A model generated the notes under the pieces. The model was not told the origin of the DNA. It saw nothing but the letters and a program-made list of their open reading frames with translations, and searched no databases. Below are positions 1 to 8,143 of a stretch of DNA of 64,000 nucleotides, one piece after another; the stretch's first letter is position 1; every line of letters begins with the position of its first letter. Position numbers and translations under genes: made by a program. The stretch lies in the IMG/VR virus record IMGVR_UViG_3300044846_003573. One strand, 5' to 3'. The DNA comes from a virus (Duplodnaviria; Caudoviricetes).

Positions 1-126
1 AATTATAGTGGAACATGGAAATTGGTACCTAAAGGAACCAAAGAAACATGTCCGGGTGGTTTTGTAAAATTAAAAAATTGTAATATATTTGACGGTGTTA
101 AATTTTTAACTGATTCTGGAAGATAA
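1..126 (+). CDS. 3' end of a hypothetical protein running in from upstream of the window
   Basis: Frame 1 open from base 1 (NYSGTWKLVPKG...DSGR) to TAA at 124-126. Confidence 0.45.
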   Translation, partial: NYSGTWKLVPKGTKETCPGGFVKLKNCNIFDGVKFLTDSGR

Positions 127-135
127 AAATATCTG

Positions 136-486
136 ATGATGAAATATATCATAGACCAAAAACAATTAGAAAAAACAAAAAATTTAATTCAAGGATTAAT
201 TAATTCTAAATTAGATAGTTTAAGAGAAGAGTCTGAAGAGTGGGGAATGGGTGAGATGGATGAATTACACGAAGTTGAATCTGTTGATAAGATTGAGGTT
301 GTTGATGTTGTAATGTCAGGTAAGATAAAAGTTCTCATTAATATTTACAGAACTCAGTTAAGAGATGATTTTGATAATATCAGGGGGGAAATTCAATATA
401 GGATAGAAGATTTGTTACCCAATATTGAATTATACATAAACGATATTATTGACGAAAGGGAATTTGGACCTAAAATTGATTGGTAA
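136..486 (+). CDS. Hypothetical protein with MKYII-type N-terminal leader
   Basis: 116-aa ORF; N-terminus resembles that of 12425..13045. Confidence 0.7.
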   Translation: MMKYIIDQKQLEKTKNLIQGLINSKLDSLREESEEWGMGEMDELHEVESVDKIEVVDVVMSGKIKVLINIYRTQLRDDFDNIRGEIQYRIEDLLPNIELYINDIIDEREFGPKIDW

Positions 487-512
487 ATGAACCATTAATT
501 GAATTTTTTTAC

Positions 513-520
513 TATATTTG
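513..520 (+). promoter_or_regulatory. Bacteroidota-type -7 promoter element TAnnTTTG
   Basis: TATATTTG 20 nt upstream of ATG 541. Confidence 0.55.
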
Positions 521-540
521 TAATCTAAAATAAAAACAAT

Positions 541-639
541 ATGACATTAAACAATTTACCTGATGAAGACTATTACGACCAAGAAGTTTATGATGATGGA
601 GAATTGTTAGACGAATGTGATGATTATTGTGGAAGTTAA
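541..639 (+). CDS. 32-aa acidic micro-protein (not in ORF track)
   Basis: MTLNNLPDEDYYDQEVYDDGELLDECDDYCGS*, preceded by TATATTTG. Confidence 0.45.
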   Translation: MTLNNLPDEDYYDQEVYDDGELLDECDDYCGS

Positions 640-670
640 CTATATTTATATAGTATAAAAACTTACTATT

Positions 671-826
671 ATGAAATTCAACAACCTTTGGTTAAAATTA
701 CAGGAAATTGACGAAATCAACATTACTGTTAAAGTCTTAGCATTTATAATTCTATCAATTGAATTGGATTGGTCATCAAAAAAAGTTTCTTTCACTGTAT
801 TGAACTTTAATTGGTCAAACAAGTAA
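671..826 (+). CDS. 51-aa small hypothetical protein (not in ORF track)
   Basis: MKFNNLWLKLQEIDEINITVKVLAFIILSIELDWSSKKVSFTVLNFNWSNK*; TATTTAT at 643-649 upstream, hairpin downstream. Confidence 0.5.
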   Translation: MKFNNLWLKLQEIDEINITVKVLAFIILSIELDWSSKKVSFTVLNFNWSNK

Positions 827-830
827 TTTT

Positions 831-860
831 AAACCCCTTATAAAAAGGGGTTTATTTTTT
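831..860 (+). terminator. Intrinsic terminator
   Basis: AAACCCCTT-ATAAA-AAGGGGTTT followed by a T-run. Confidence 0.7.
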
Positions 861-884
861 TAAATTTATTTTTATTTTTATTTT

Positions 885-1073
885 ATGACACAAGAAGAAA
901 AATCACAATTGTATAGTAACTTACTAATGCAACACACCCGTTTGGATAACAAAATTAATGAAATTAAATCTGAGGATTTCGAACTCAACAATGAACAAAT
1001 GGGTAGAATTAGAACACTTCAGATGCAACAGGGACAATTGGTTGCTCAGATGCAACAATTGATGAATGGATAA
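885..1073 (+). CDS. Small Gln-rich coiled-coil hypothetical protein
   Basis: 62-aa ORF with heptad-like pattern. Confidence 0.6.
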   Translation: MTQEEKSQLYSNLLMQHTRLDNKINEIKSEDFELNNEQMGRIRTLQMQQGQLVAQMQQLMNG

Positions 1074-1557
1074 ACCATTCAGGTGTATCTCTATTTTTCC
1101 ATTTAGCAAAATCTTTTTTAGCTCCGTTATAGTAGTTTCTATATGATTCTATAACGTCTTTTACTTTATACTCATCGGGCATTGCTTTTGGAGGTTCTGT
1201 AAAACCTTTATCACAAATGTTTAACTTATTTGTGATACACCACTCAATAACATCTTGAGATTTATGACGTTTTCCGTATCTATAAGTGTATTCTTTACAT
1301 AATTCAACTCCTAAGTCACAAAGATAAAGATAGTTTGATAATGACTCTCTGACCCATATTGAACAGGGGTGGTTTTTATGTGATAACTTATACGGTACTT
1401 GGTCGGTACTTGGTCGGTACTTGGTGGGTACTTGGTGGGTTACATGGTGGGCTCCACATAATAGTTGTGCAGTCTCAAGTATCATCTTAACCACGTGTTT
1501 ATCACAATGGTATTCTGCACATTTTTTTGTATCCCAATCCAAAAAGAAGATATTCAT
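1009..1557 (-). CDS. Pyrimidine-dimer DNA glycosylase (DenV/endonuclease V-like family)
   Basis: MNIFFLD...HCDKHVVKMILETAQLLC...HKNHPCSIW...YTYRYGKRH family motifs; start placed at ATG 1557. Confidence 0.8.
   Translation of the reverse strand: MNIFFLDWDTKKCAEYHCDKHVVKMILETAQLLCGAHHVTHQVPTKYRPSTDQVPYKLSHKNHPCSIWVRESLSNYLYLCDLGVELCKEYTYRYGKRHKSQDVIEWCITNKLNICDKGFTEPPKAMPDEYKVKDVIESYRNYYNGAKKDFAKWKNRDTPEWFIHSSIVASEQPIVPVASEVF
1394..1437. repeat. 4 x 11-bp tandem repeat inside the DenV-like gene
   Basis: GGTACTTGGTC x2 then GGTACTTGGTG x2. Confidence 0.95.
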
Positions 1558-1621
1558 AATGCTAATGTAAACAAAAAATCCCACAAGACGTGGGACATTT
1601 TGAAAAATAAATGAAATTGTA

Positions 1622-2047
1622 TTAGTTTACCGATACAACTTCTAAATCAAAGATAAGTTTCTTACCTGCTAATGGATGGTTCATGTCCAATACAACAGTA
1701 CTTTCTTTAATTTCTGTAACCACAACGTTTACTGGACCAAATTGGTTTTGTCCTTGTAACATATCCCCAGCTTTAACACCTTCAGGGACTTGGTTTAGTA
1801 ACACTTCACTAACAAGTTGAGGATTAATATCTCCGTAAGCGTTTTCTGGCTCAATTTCAATTGTTTTCATTTCGCCAGCGGTCATATCAATTAATCCGTT
1901 TTCAAAACCTGGAATTAATTGTCCTTGACCTAATGTTACTGTAAGAGGTTCTCTACCCTCAGCTAAAGATGTGTCGAATACTGTACCATCTTCTAATTTA
2001 CCTGTATAATGAACAGATACATTATCACCGTTTTTAATTTTACTCAT
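1622..2047 (-). CDS. FKBP-type peptidyl-prolyl cis-trans isomerase (SlyD/SlpA-like with IF domain)
   Basis: VSVHYTGKLEDGTVFDTS, G.GQLIPGFE..L, DMNHPLAGKKL.FDLEVV. Confidence 0.93.
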   Translation of the reverse strand: MSKIKNGDNVSVHYTGKLEDGTVFDTSLAEGREPLTVTLGQGQLIPGFENGLIDMTAGEMKTIEIEPENAYGDINPQLVSEVLLNQVPEGVKAGDMLQGQNQFGPVNVVVTEIKESTVVLDMNHPLAGKKLIFDLEVVSVN

Positions 2048-2131
2048 ATACAATTATATTATTTTTTTTTGATATAAAAAAGTGTAAAAGTTAATTTTCT
2101 TTGTATTTATATAGATAAAAAAGAATTTTTT

Positions 2132-2704
2132 ATGAAAAAAGAAAAAGTTATTAGATTAACAGAAAATGAACTTATTAATTTAATTAAAAAAGTTATAAAA
2201 GAAAACGATGATTTAACTGCAAAAACACCTGACCAATTTCGTAAGGAAGTATCAGGTCTTACAGGTTCTGAAGTTCTTATGTTTAATGCTTATGGTTTAA
2301 ACAAATACACAGGTGAAAGCGGAATTTTTAAGGGTAAAAGAACTTCTGAAAACTATAAAATAAAAGAAGTTGGAATAACAACAATTAATAATTTACCAAC
2401 AGTTGAATTTACAGTTCAAGATATTTCGACAGGTGCGGGAGTTGATGGTTATACAGGTACTTTTTTGAATGTAAAAAGACGTAGTGAACCTATTAAATTC
2501 AGATGGAATTGTAACTCAGCATTTGAAAAAGGATTAGGGGAAATTAATCAACCTTTCCAAAGAAAAGGTGGTATTAAAGAAGATTATCTAAATAACGATT
2601 TAGCAAAAGTAATTACATCAAGACCGTTTTGTACTTATAAAGGAACTCCTGATTATGTAGTACCAATTAAACCGAACACATCATATAGAGGTGCTCCAAG
2701 ATAA
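2132..2704 (+). CDS. Putative virion-internal protein with KVIRLTENEL leader
   Basis: MKKEKVIRLTENELINLIKKVIKE; TATTTAT at 2104. Confidence 0.7.
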   Translation: MKKEKVIRLTENELINLIKKVIKENDDLTAKTPDQFRKEVSGLTGSEVLMFNAYGLNKYTGESGIFKGKRTSENYKIKEVGITTINNLPTVEFTVQDISTGAGVDGYTGTFLNVKRRSEPIKFRWNCNSAFEKGLGEINQPFQRKGGIKEDYLNNDLAKVITSRPFCTYKGTPDYVVPIKPNTSYRGAPR

Positions 2705-2729
2705 AATAAAAAAATAAAAAAATAAAAAA

Positions 2730-3146
2730 ATGAAAAAAGTAGTAAGATTATCAGAATCAGAATTAACTAGATTAATTAAAACAGTAGTTAACGAAACAAA
2801 AAGAAATAAAAGAAACAGAGTTAATGAAGATGTTGAAAACTTCTTTAATCCCGAAGCAATGAGTACTGGTGGGGCAATTGCGACAATGGTTGGAACAACT
2901 ATTGCTCTTTTAGGTATTGCAGGATGGGATTATCTTAAGGAACTTTACGGTCAATTAAGAAATACTGAAGGTAAAGAAGAAGAAGCAATGGAACTTAAGT
3001 CTATTATCCGAGATTACGAAAGTAATAAAATGAATTCAGGTGAAGAAATGGATTCTGATGTTGATAGTATGGATATGGATATGGAAGACGAGGAACCAAG
3101 AGACCCAATGGCTGAGAGTATCAGAAGACACATTAGAAGACGTTAA
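2730..3146 (+). CDS. Leader-bearing protein with one hydrophobic helix and an acidic tail
   Basis: MKKVVRLSESELTRLIKTVVNE; GGAIATMVGTTIALLGIAGW hydrophobic segment. Confidence 0.7.
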   Translation: MKKVVRLSESELTRLIKTVVNETKRNKRNRVNEDVENFFNPEAMSTGGAIATMVGTTIALLGIAGWDYLKELYGQLRNTEGKEEEAMELKSIIRDYESNKMNSGEEMDSDVDSMDMDMEDEEPRDPMAESIRRHIRRR

Positions 3147-3164
3147 TTTTTAAAAAAAAATAAT

Positions 3165-3191
3165 AAAAAACTCCCAATCGGGAGTTTTTTT
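3165..3191 (+). terminator. Intrinsic terminator (bidirectional shape)
   Basis: AAAAAACTCCC-AATC-GGGAGTTTTTTT. Confidence 0.8.
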
Positions 3192-3194
3192 GCT

Positions 3195-3202
3195 TATATT
3201 TG
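3195..3202 (+). promoter_or_regulatory. Bacteroidota-type -7 element
   Basis: TATATTTG upstream of ATG 3228. Confidence 0.6.
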
Positions 3203-3227
3203 TAAAACAATTAACACCAACACTACT

Positions 3228-3392
3228 ATGAAAAACTTAAAACTAAAATTGACTTCAGCAATGTTCGCTCTTGTATTATCAGTTGTATTAATGATTAACT
3301 CACCATCATTGCCTGTATTTGTTTTAAGTGTTGGTCTTATCCTATTACAGACAGTGTTGTGGGGTAAGTTGATGAAAGAGATTAAAGAATAA
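3228..3392 (+). CDS. 54-aa two-helix membrane protein (not in ORF track)
   Basis: MKNLKLKLTSAMFALVLSVVLMINSPSLPVFVLSVGLILLQTVLWGKLMKEIKE*; promoter upstream, hairpin downstream. Confidence 0.7.
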   Translation: MKNLKLKLTSAMFALVLSVVLMINSPSLPVFVLSVGLILLQTVLWGKLMKEIKE

Positions 3393-3394
3393 AA

Positions 3395-3418
3395 AAATCC
3401 CCTCAAATGAGGGGATTT
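3395..3418. terminator. Hairpin terminator
   Basis: AAATCCCCTC-AAAT-GAGGGGATTT. Confidence 0.65.
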
Positions 3419-3455
3419 GTGGTTTATATTAATTTACAAAATACTTATTAAAAAG

Positions 3456-3462
3456 TATTTAT
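3456..3462 (+). promoter_or_regulatory. Putative phage late-promoter motif TATTTAT
   Basis: 4 nt before ATG 3467; the same motif precedes about 25 genes in coding orientation. Confidence 0.6.
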
Positions 3463-3466
3463 TAGT

Positions 3467-5233
3467 ATGAGGAATTTATTAACTGAAGTTAGTAAGATAA
3501 AAAATAATATGGGTTTGACAGAATCTGAAAAACCAAAGTATAGCCCTGAGGTTAAATCTCTTGTTGCGGTTTTAAAAGACAACAAAGTTTATAGTGCTCA
3601 AATCCAAAAATTTATTAATAAAATTGACGGTTTTTCAAAAGAAGGTTTAGTTGATTTTGGATTACTTACAAGAGGTATATTAAAAACTTTGAAATTAAAA
3701 GGTAATAAGGATATTAATGTTTTTGAATTTTTTAAACAACTAACTAAGTCATTAGAAAAAAGAAAAACTAAAAAAGAAGTTGTTAGTCCTGAAGAGGAAC
3801 CATCAATTTTAAATAAAGACATTTACAAGAAAGAAATATTTTTCTTACAGGTTGAACTTTTAAAATTACAAGAATGGTTAAAACAAACAGGTAAAACTGT
3901 TATTATTGTTTTTGAGGGAAGAGACTCGGCGGGTAAAGGTTCAACAATTAAGAAGTTTACTGAAAACTTAAATCCAAGATATTATAAAGTAATTGCTCTC
4001 GGTATTCCAACACCTGACGAAAGAAAGAACTGGTGGGATAGATACAGTAATCAAATTGAAAGAGGTAAGATAAACTTCTTTGATAGAAGTTGGTATAATA
4101 GAGGTTTAGTGGAACCTGTAATGGGTTACGGTTCTTCAGAAGAGTATGAAGACTTTATGGATAATGTTCAGGACTTTGAGGAGTCATTAGTTGTTGACGG
4201 TGATTATCTATTTAAACTTTGGTTCTCAATAGATAAAGAAACTCAAGCCAAGAGATTTGATTTTAGACAAAAGTCCCCATTAAAATATTGGAAGTATTCT
4301 GAGAATGATGAGAAGATGCAAGATGTGTGGGAGAAGTTTACAGAGTATAAACAAAAACTTTTTGATAAGACATCAACAGTTAACCATCCTTGGGTTGTTT
4401 TGGATTCAAATGATAAGAAAATTTCAGGTTTAAATTCAATTAGATATGTTTTACAAAATATTCCTTATACAAATAAAGATGAGGACGTTTTGAATAAAGA
4501 TTTTCCTGAAGCTATGACTGTTTTAAAACCAAATATTAATGAACAGACATCGACTATGGATTTCTATAATAAATATTTTGGTTCTGATGATAAAAAAGAA
4601 GAACCGAATTTTATGGATAAATGGTCTTCTATGGGACAACCAAAAGACCAAATGAAACCAGATTCGGGAGGTGTTGTTAGTGATATAAATAAAACAATTA
4701 AATCTGGACTTGAGACTGCTAAAAAATCTTTAGATAAAAAGTCATCAAATTCAAGCGATAGTTACGCAACAAGATGTTCAACAAGGGCTATTGACTACAT
4801 TAAAAAACAAGAAGGATTTCGTTCTGAACCGTATAAAGACACAAACGGTATTTTGACTATCGGGTATGGTCAAATAAAAATTAATGGTAGACCTGTAAGA
4901 CCTGGCGACACAATAACTGAACCGGAAGCCTCAAAAAAAGTTAATAACTATGTTAAAAATATAGTAGAACCTGAAATTTTATCTTATGGTGGTGGGCATA
5001 ATAAATTGACACAACATCAATTTGATGCCTTGTGTTCATTAAAATATAATTTTGGTGGTTACGCAAAATCAGATTTAAAGAAAGCAATACAAATTAACCC
5101 CAACCCAAACAGAAATCCGGAAATAGAAAAACACTTTACAACTGGATGGAAAGATGGTGAATTAATAAAGAGAAGAAAACATGAGTATAGTTTATATTCA
5201 AAGGGTGATTATACTACATATAACCAAGCATAG
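3467..5233 (+). CDS. ppk2: Polyphosphate kinase 2 fused to a C-terminal GH24 (phage) lysozyme
   Basis: PPK2: FEGRDSAGKG, FFDRSWYNR, KLWFSIDKETQAKRF. Lysozyme: IKKQEGFRSEPYKDTNGILTIGYG with E-X8-D-X5-T intact. Confidence 0.9.
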   Translation: MRNLLTEVSKIKNNMGLTESEKPKYSPEVKSLVAVLKDNKVYSAQIQKFINKIDGFSKEGLVDFGLLTRGILKTLKLKGNKDINVFEFFKQLTKSLEKRKTKKEVVSPEEEPSILNKDIYKKEIFFLQVELLKLQEWLKQTGKTVIIVFEGRDSAGKGSTIKKFTENLNPRYYKVIALGIPTPDERKNWWDRYSNQIERGKINFFDRSWYNRGLVEPVMGYGSSEEYEDFMDNVQDFEESLVVDGDYLFKLWFSIDKETQAKRFDFRQKSPLKYWKYSENDEKMQDVWEKFTEYKQKLFDKTSTVNHPWVVLDSNDKKISGLNSIRYVLQNIPYTNKDEDVLNKDFPEAMTVLKPNINEQTSTMDFYNKYFGSDDKKEEPNFMDKWSSMGQPKDQMKPDSGGVVSDINKTIKSGLETAKKSLDKKSSNSSDSYATRCSTRAIDYIKKQEGFRSEPYKDTNGILTIGYGQIKINGRPVRPGDTITEPEASKKVNNYVKNIVEPEILSYGGGHNKLTQHQFDALCSLKYNFGGYAKSDLKKAIQINPNPNRNPEIEKHFTTGWKDGELIKRRKHEYSLYSKGDYTTYNQA

Positions 5234-5248
5234 ATATATTTATACAAT

Positions 5249-5566
5249 ATGAAAAAGTTTATTATTACAGAAAACCAATTAGAATTTATAGTTAAAAGAT
5301 ACCTTAACGAAGACGCAAGATACGTAATGTCTTTTGATGAGTTCATGAGACATAAGAACAAAGACCAACAATATAAGTGTGGTTTTGAAAATTTATGTTT
5401 TTTGATTCATGATGGAAATCACCAAATAGATTTGGATGAAAAATTCCATGAAAAACACAAAATTCCTAATGGAATTGGTGGAACAATTTACCACGATGGT
5501 AATAATACTTATTTCTGTCCTGACTTTGGTGACGACAGACCACAAAGAACTATTCAGGTTTATTAA
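5249..5566 (+). CDS. Leader-bearing hypothetical protein
   Basis: MKKFIITENQLEFIVKRYLNE; TATTTAT at 5237-5243. Confidence 0.7.
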   Translation: MKKFIITENQLEFIVKRYLNEDARYVMSFDEFMRHKNKDQQYKCGFENLCFLIHDGNHQIDLDEKFHEKHKIPNGIGGTIYHDGNNTYFCPDFGDDRPQRTIQVY

Positions 5567-6258
5567 AACTCAAATTGGTGTTTAAATTCGTAACCTGTTG
5601 AAGATTCTTCAGTATTCATACGAAAATCTAATTCTATAATTTGGTTTTCATTATCAATTATGAACGTTCCCTCAGAACCTTCATTTATTTCCCATCCACC
5701 ATGATTTTTTTCCAAAATATCATATAACTTGGTTTCCCAAACTGCGGATAAATCATGTTTGTCGATACCATCATTGTAATATCCAAAATCGTCAATATAA
5801 CCTGAATCACCACCACCGCTAAAATCAACTGTAATTTTAAGTTTACCTTCTTGTTTCCACTGAACCATATCTTCAAGTAATTCTTTTTCGTCAATTTCAA
5901 ACTCTTGGTAAGATGATTCATAACCCATAGTTTGAATATCTTCTTCAATTGTAAAAGTTTTATCTGTTGTTAAATACTCACATGATACCGTTGCTCTAGA
6001 ATCACCATCACCTTCTAATGAATCTAAAACTTCATCTTTTATAGAATCAAAAAAATTATCTAAAAAATCAAATAATTTATTAGGGATAATATCATAAGCA
6101 CCACCTTTATTAGTCCAAGGTGAAAAGTGATAATCAACATTTCCATCATAATCAACATAAAAGTCATTACTGATACGAGTAACACCATTACTTAATAAGA
6201 TATAATGTAAAAGTTTAAATTTTTTTATAATTTCCGGGTTGTTAAATAATTCTTCCAT
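5563..6258 (-). CDS. Hypothetical protein, DUF6878-like C-terminal domain
   Basis: VDFSGGGDSGYID...GWEINEGSEG motif; start at 6258 lies 4 nt after the late motif. Confidence 0.6.
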   Translation of the reverse strand: MEELFNNPEIIKKFKLLHYILLSNGVTRISNDFYVDYDGNVDYHFSPWTNKGGAYDIIPNKLFDFLDNFFDSIKDEVLDSLEGDGDSRATVSCEYLTTDKTFTIEEDIQTMGYESSYQEFEIDEKELLEDMVQWKQEGKLKITVDFSGGGDSGYIDDFGYYNDGIDKHDLSAVWETKLYDILEKNHGGWEINEGSEGTFIIDNENQIIELDFRMNTEESSTGYEFKHQFEF

Positions 6259-6269
6259 AACAATAAATA

Positions 6270-6623
6270 TCAATCATCAATTTCTAACTTCATGGTTTTA
6301 ATCATCCATAAAGGTCTTTGTTTATTTTCTAATGCTAACACCCATTCTTTTGCCGATGGAATATATCCGTTACAATCTTCCATTACATGTTGTTCACCGA
6401 CATAACGGGTGTATACAGTTTTCCCATCACTATTTTTAAATTCGGCACCAAAACGTTGTTCCATTTCAAATATACCTTCAGAGTGATGTCTCCATATTCT
6501 GTGTAATGAATGTCCATACCATGATTTCGTATTATCAAACCATTCATGAATTTCAATATAATCTTCCCATTTTCCTCCGAATTTTTTTGCTGATGATTTT
6601 GCATGTACGATTGGATGTGGCAT
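6270..6623 (-). CDS. DUF6915-like protein
   Basis: HP..HAKSSAKKFGG...IHEWFD.TK...HH.EGIF...VGEQHV.ED. Confidence 0.7.
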   Translation of the reverse strand: MPHPIVHAKSSAKKFGGKWEDYIEIHEWFDNTKSWYGHSLHRIWRHHSEGIFEMEQRFGAEFKNSDGKTVYTRYVGEQHVMEDCNGYIPSAKEWVLALENKQRPLWMIKTMKLEIDD

Positions 6624-6627
6624 AATT

Positions 6628-7215
6628 TTAAGTTTTTATAATTTTATTAGATTTTATAATATTATCTTTTGCCCATAAAGGTTGTAAGTTAGTATAATGA
6701 CAAAGTTTTAATATATCCTGTTCAGTTTTGGCTGATGATAATGGGATAATATGGTCAATGTGCCATTTTCCGTAATTATCCCAACTCATATTATCGGTAA
6801 ATTTACTTTCTAAAAATTTTCTTAATTCTTCAGGTTTACAGCCAACAATATAAAATGTTTTATTAAACTTTTGAATATTATTTGTTTTTAAAAAAATTTT
6901 AATTCTACTTCTTACACTTTCAACAATTCTAAATGTTGGGTCATTCAACCTCTTCATTCTTCTGTAATTTCGGAGATATTCATTTTTTTTAAGTCTATTT
7001 TTTAATCTATAGTGTTTGTCGTATTCTGATTTTTTATCTTTGTTTTTTTCAGTGTATATTTTTTTATTTAATAAATTTTTTTCTCTATTTAAATTGTAAC
7101 TTATTTTTGCACACATTTTACATTCAGACTGAAATCCGCACTTCATTTTTGAACATTTTCTAAATTCGCAAATTTCTTTATCAATTTTACATTTACTGCA
7201 AACTTTTGTATTCAT
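6628..7215 (-). CDS. HNH endonuclease with N-terminal Cys4 finger (putative free-standing homing endonuclease)
   Basis: CSKC...CKMC; MSWDNYGKWHIDHIIPLS...CHYTNLQPLWAKDNIIKSNK. Confidence 0.8.
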   Translation of the reverse strand: MNTKVCSKCKIDKEICEFRKCSKMKCGFQSECKMCAKISYNLNREKNLLNKKIYTEKNKDKKSEYDKHYRLKNRLKKNEYLRNYRRMKRLNDPTFRIVESVRSRIKIFLKTNNIQKFNKTFYIVGCKPEELRKFLESKFTDNMSWDNYGKWHIDHIIPLSSAKTEQDILKLCHYTNLQPLWAKDNIIKSNKIIKT

Positions 7216-7218
7216 AAT

Positions 7219-7488
7219 TTAGTGTTCTATAGATGTTGTTAATATATAATCCTCAGGAAGTGAAAGACTTTTGATAGTATGTAGGACAAGAATTTCCAGG
7301 CCTTCTGGAAAAAGTTCGATAGCGTATTCATAATTTGATGGGTATAATTTTACTGATAAAATGTTTTTTTTCTGACTAATTGAATGAGAAAATTCCGTAA
7401 CTTTGATTTCAGAATTTTCACCAAACCATTGGTCAATGTCTTGTTTGTTTGTTTTATTTAGGACTTTTTCAAAAAAACTCTTTTTCAT
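7219..7488 (-). CDS. Hypothetical protein
   Basis: 89-aa ORF, tightly packed. Confidence 0.6.
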   Translation of the reverse strand: MKKSFFEKVLNKTNKQDIDQWFGENSEIKVTEFSHSISQKKNILSVKLYPSNYEYAIELFPEGLEILVLHTIKSLSLPEDYILTTSIEH

Positions 7489-7529
7489 AATTATATATAC
7501 AAAAGAAATATAAGATATTTATTGTTAAG

Positions 7530-7913
7530 ATGAAAGTAAATTTATATGATAAATCTAGTGGACTTGGTTCTGAACAGATAAATGTTATTCAGGACTTCTT
7601 GAGATTTTGCCAAAAAAACTCTCCACTTAAGAAAGACGTTGATATCCAACTTCTTGGTGAACGTTTTGGTAAAATGACTACAGGAAGTGAAATACTTGGT
7701 AGAATTAAAGTTCTTGCGGGTGGAAGAATGTTAATTGACATTTTAAGAACTATTGCTCACGAGTGGGTTCACGAGTTTGCTCGTCAAAGAAATATCAAGT
7801 TGCAAGGGTTTAACACCCAATCTCAAGAGAATTATGCGAATACTGAAGCAGGTATCATGATTCGTATGTACGAAAAAAGTAATCCGCAATTAACTGCGTT
7901 ATTGTATAATTAA
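7530..7913 (+). CDS. Small zincin-like metallopeptidase (HExxH)
   Basis: RTIAHEWVHE with downstream ENYAN.EAG; TATTTAT 7 nt upstream. Confidence 0.6.
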   Translation: MKVNLYDKSSGLGSEQINVIQDFLRFCQKNSPLKKDVDIQLLGERFGKMTTGSEILGRIKVLAGGRMLIDILRTIAHEWVHEFARQRNIKLQGFNTQSQENYANTEAGIMIRMYEKSNPQLTALLYN

Positions 7914-7936
7914 AAAAGATTATGTATATTTGTCCT

Positions 7937-8143
7937 ATGGATAGGGACTTTCAATGGATACGTAAGGTAATTGGTTCGATTACCCACTTTGGACAAATTC
8001 AATCTGCCGAAAATCTGATTGATTTTTATGTTAAAAAGTATGAAAATTCTGAAGAATTAACACAATATTCTTTGGACTTTGAATGTAGTATTGTTTCCTT
8101 AAAGAAAAGTTTAATTAGTAAGAAAACAATTCTTGAATTATGA
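7937..8143 (+). CDS. Hypothetical protein
   Basis: TATATTTG at 7925-7932 favours ATG 7937 (MDRDFQW) over 7922. Confidence 0.6.
   Translation: MDRDFQWIRKVIGSITHFGQIQSAENLIDFYVKKYENSEELTQYSLDFECSIVSLKKSLISKKTILEL

Noticed and set aside
1009-1073. 65-nt convergent overlap of the DenV-like gene with 885..1073
   Set aside because: Most simply a lost stop after ...PEWF giving a short tail; no sign of a dual-coding function.
3194-3406. Minus-strand 70-aa ORF from the track
   Set aside because: The plus-strand 3228..3392 ORF has a promoter, terminator and coherent membrane-protein sequence, so the minus ORF is its shadow.
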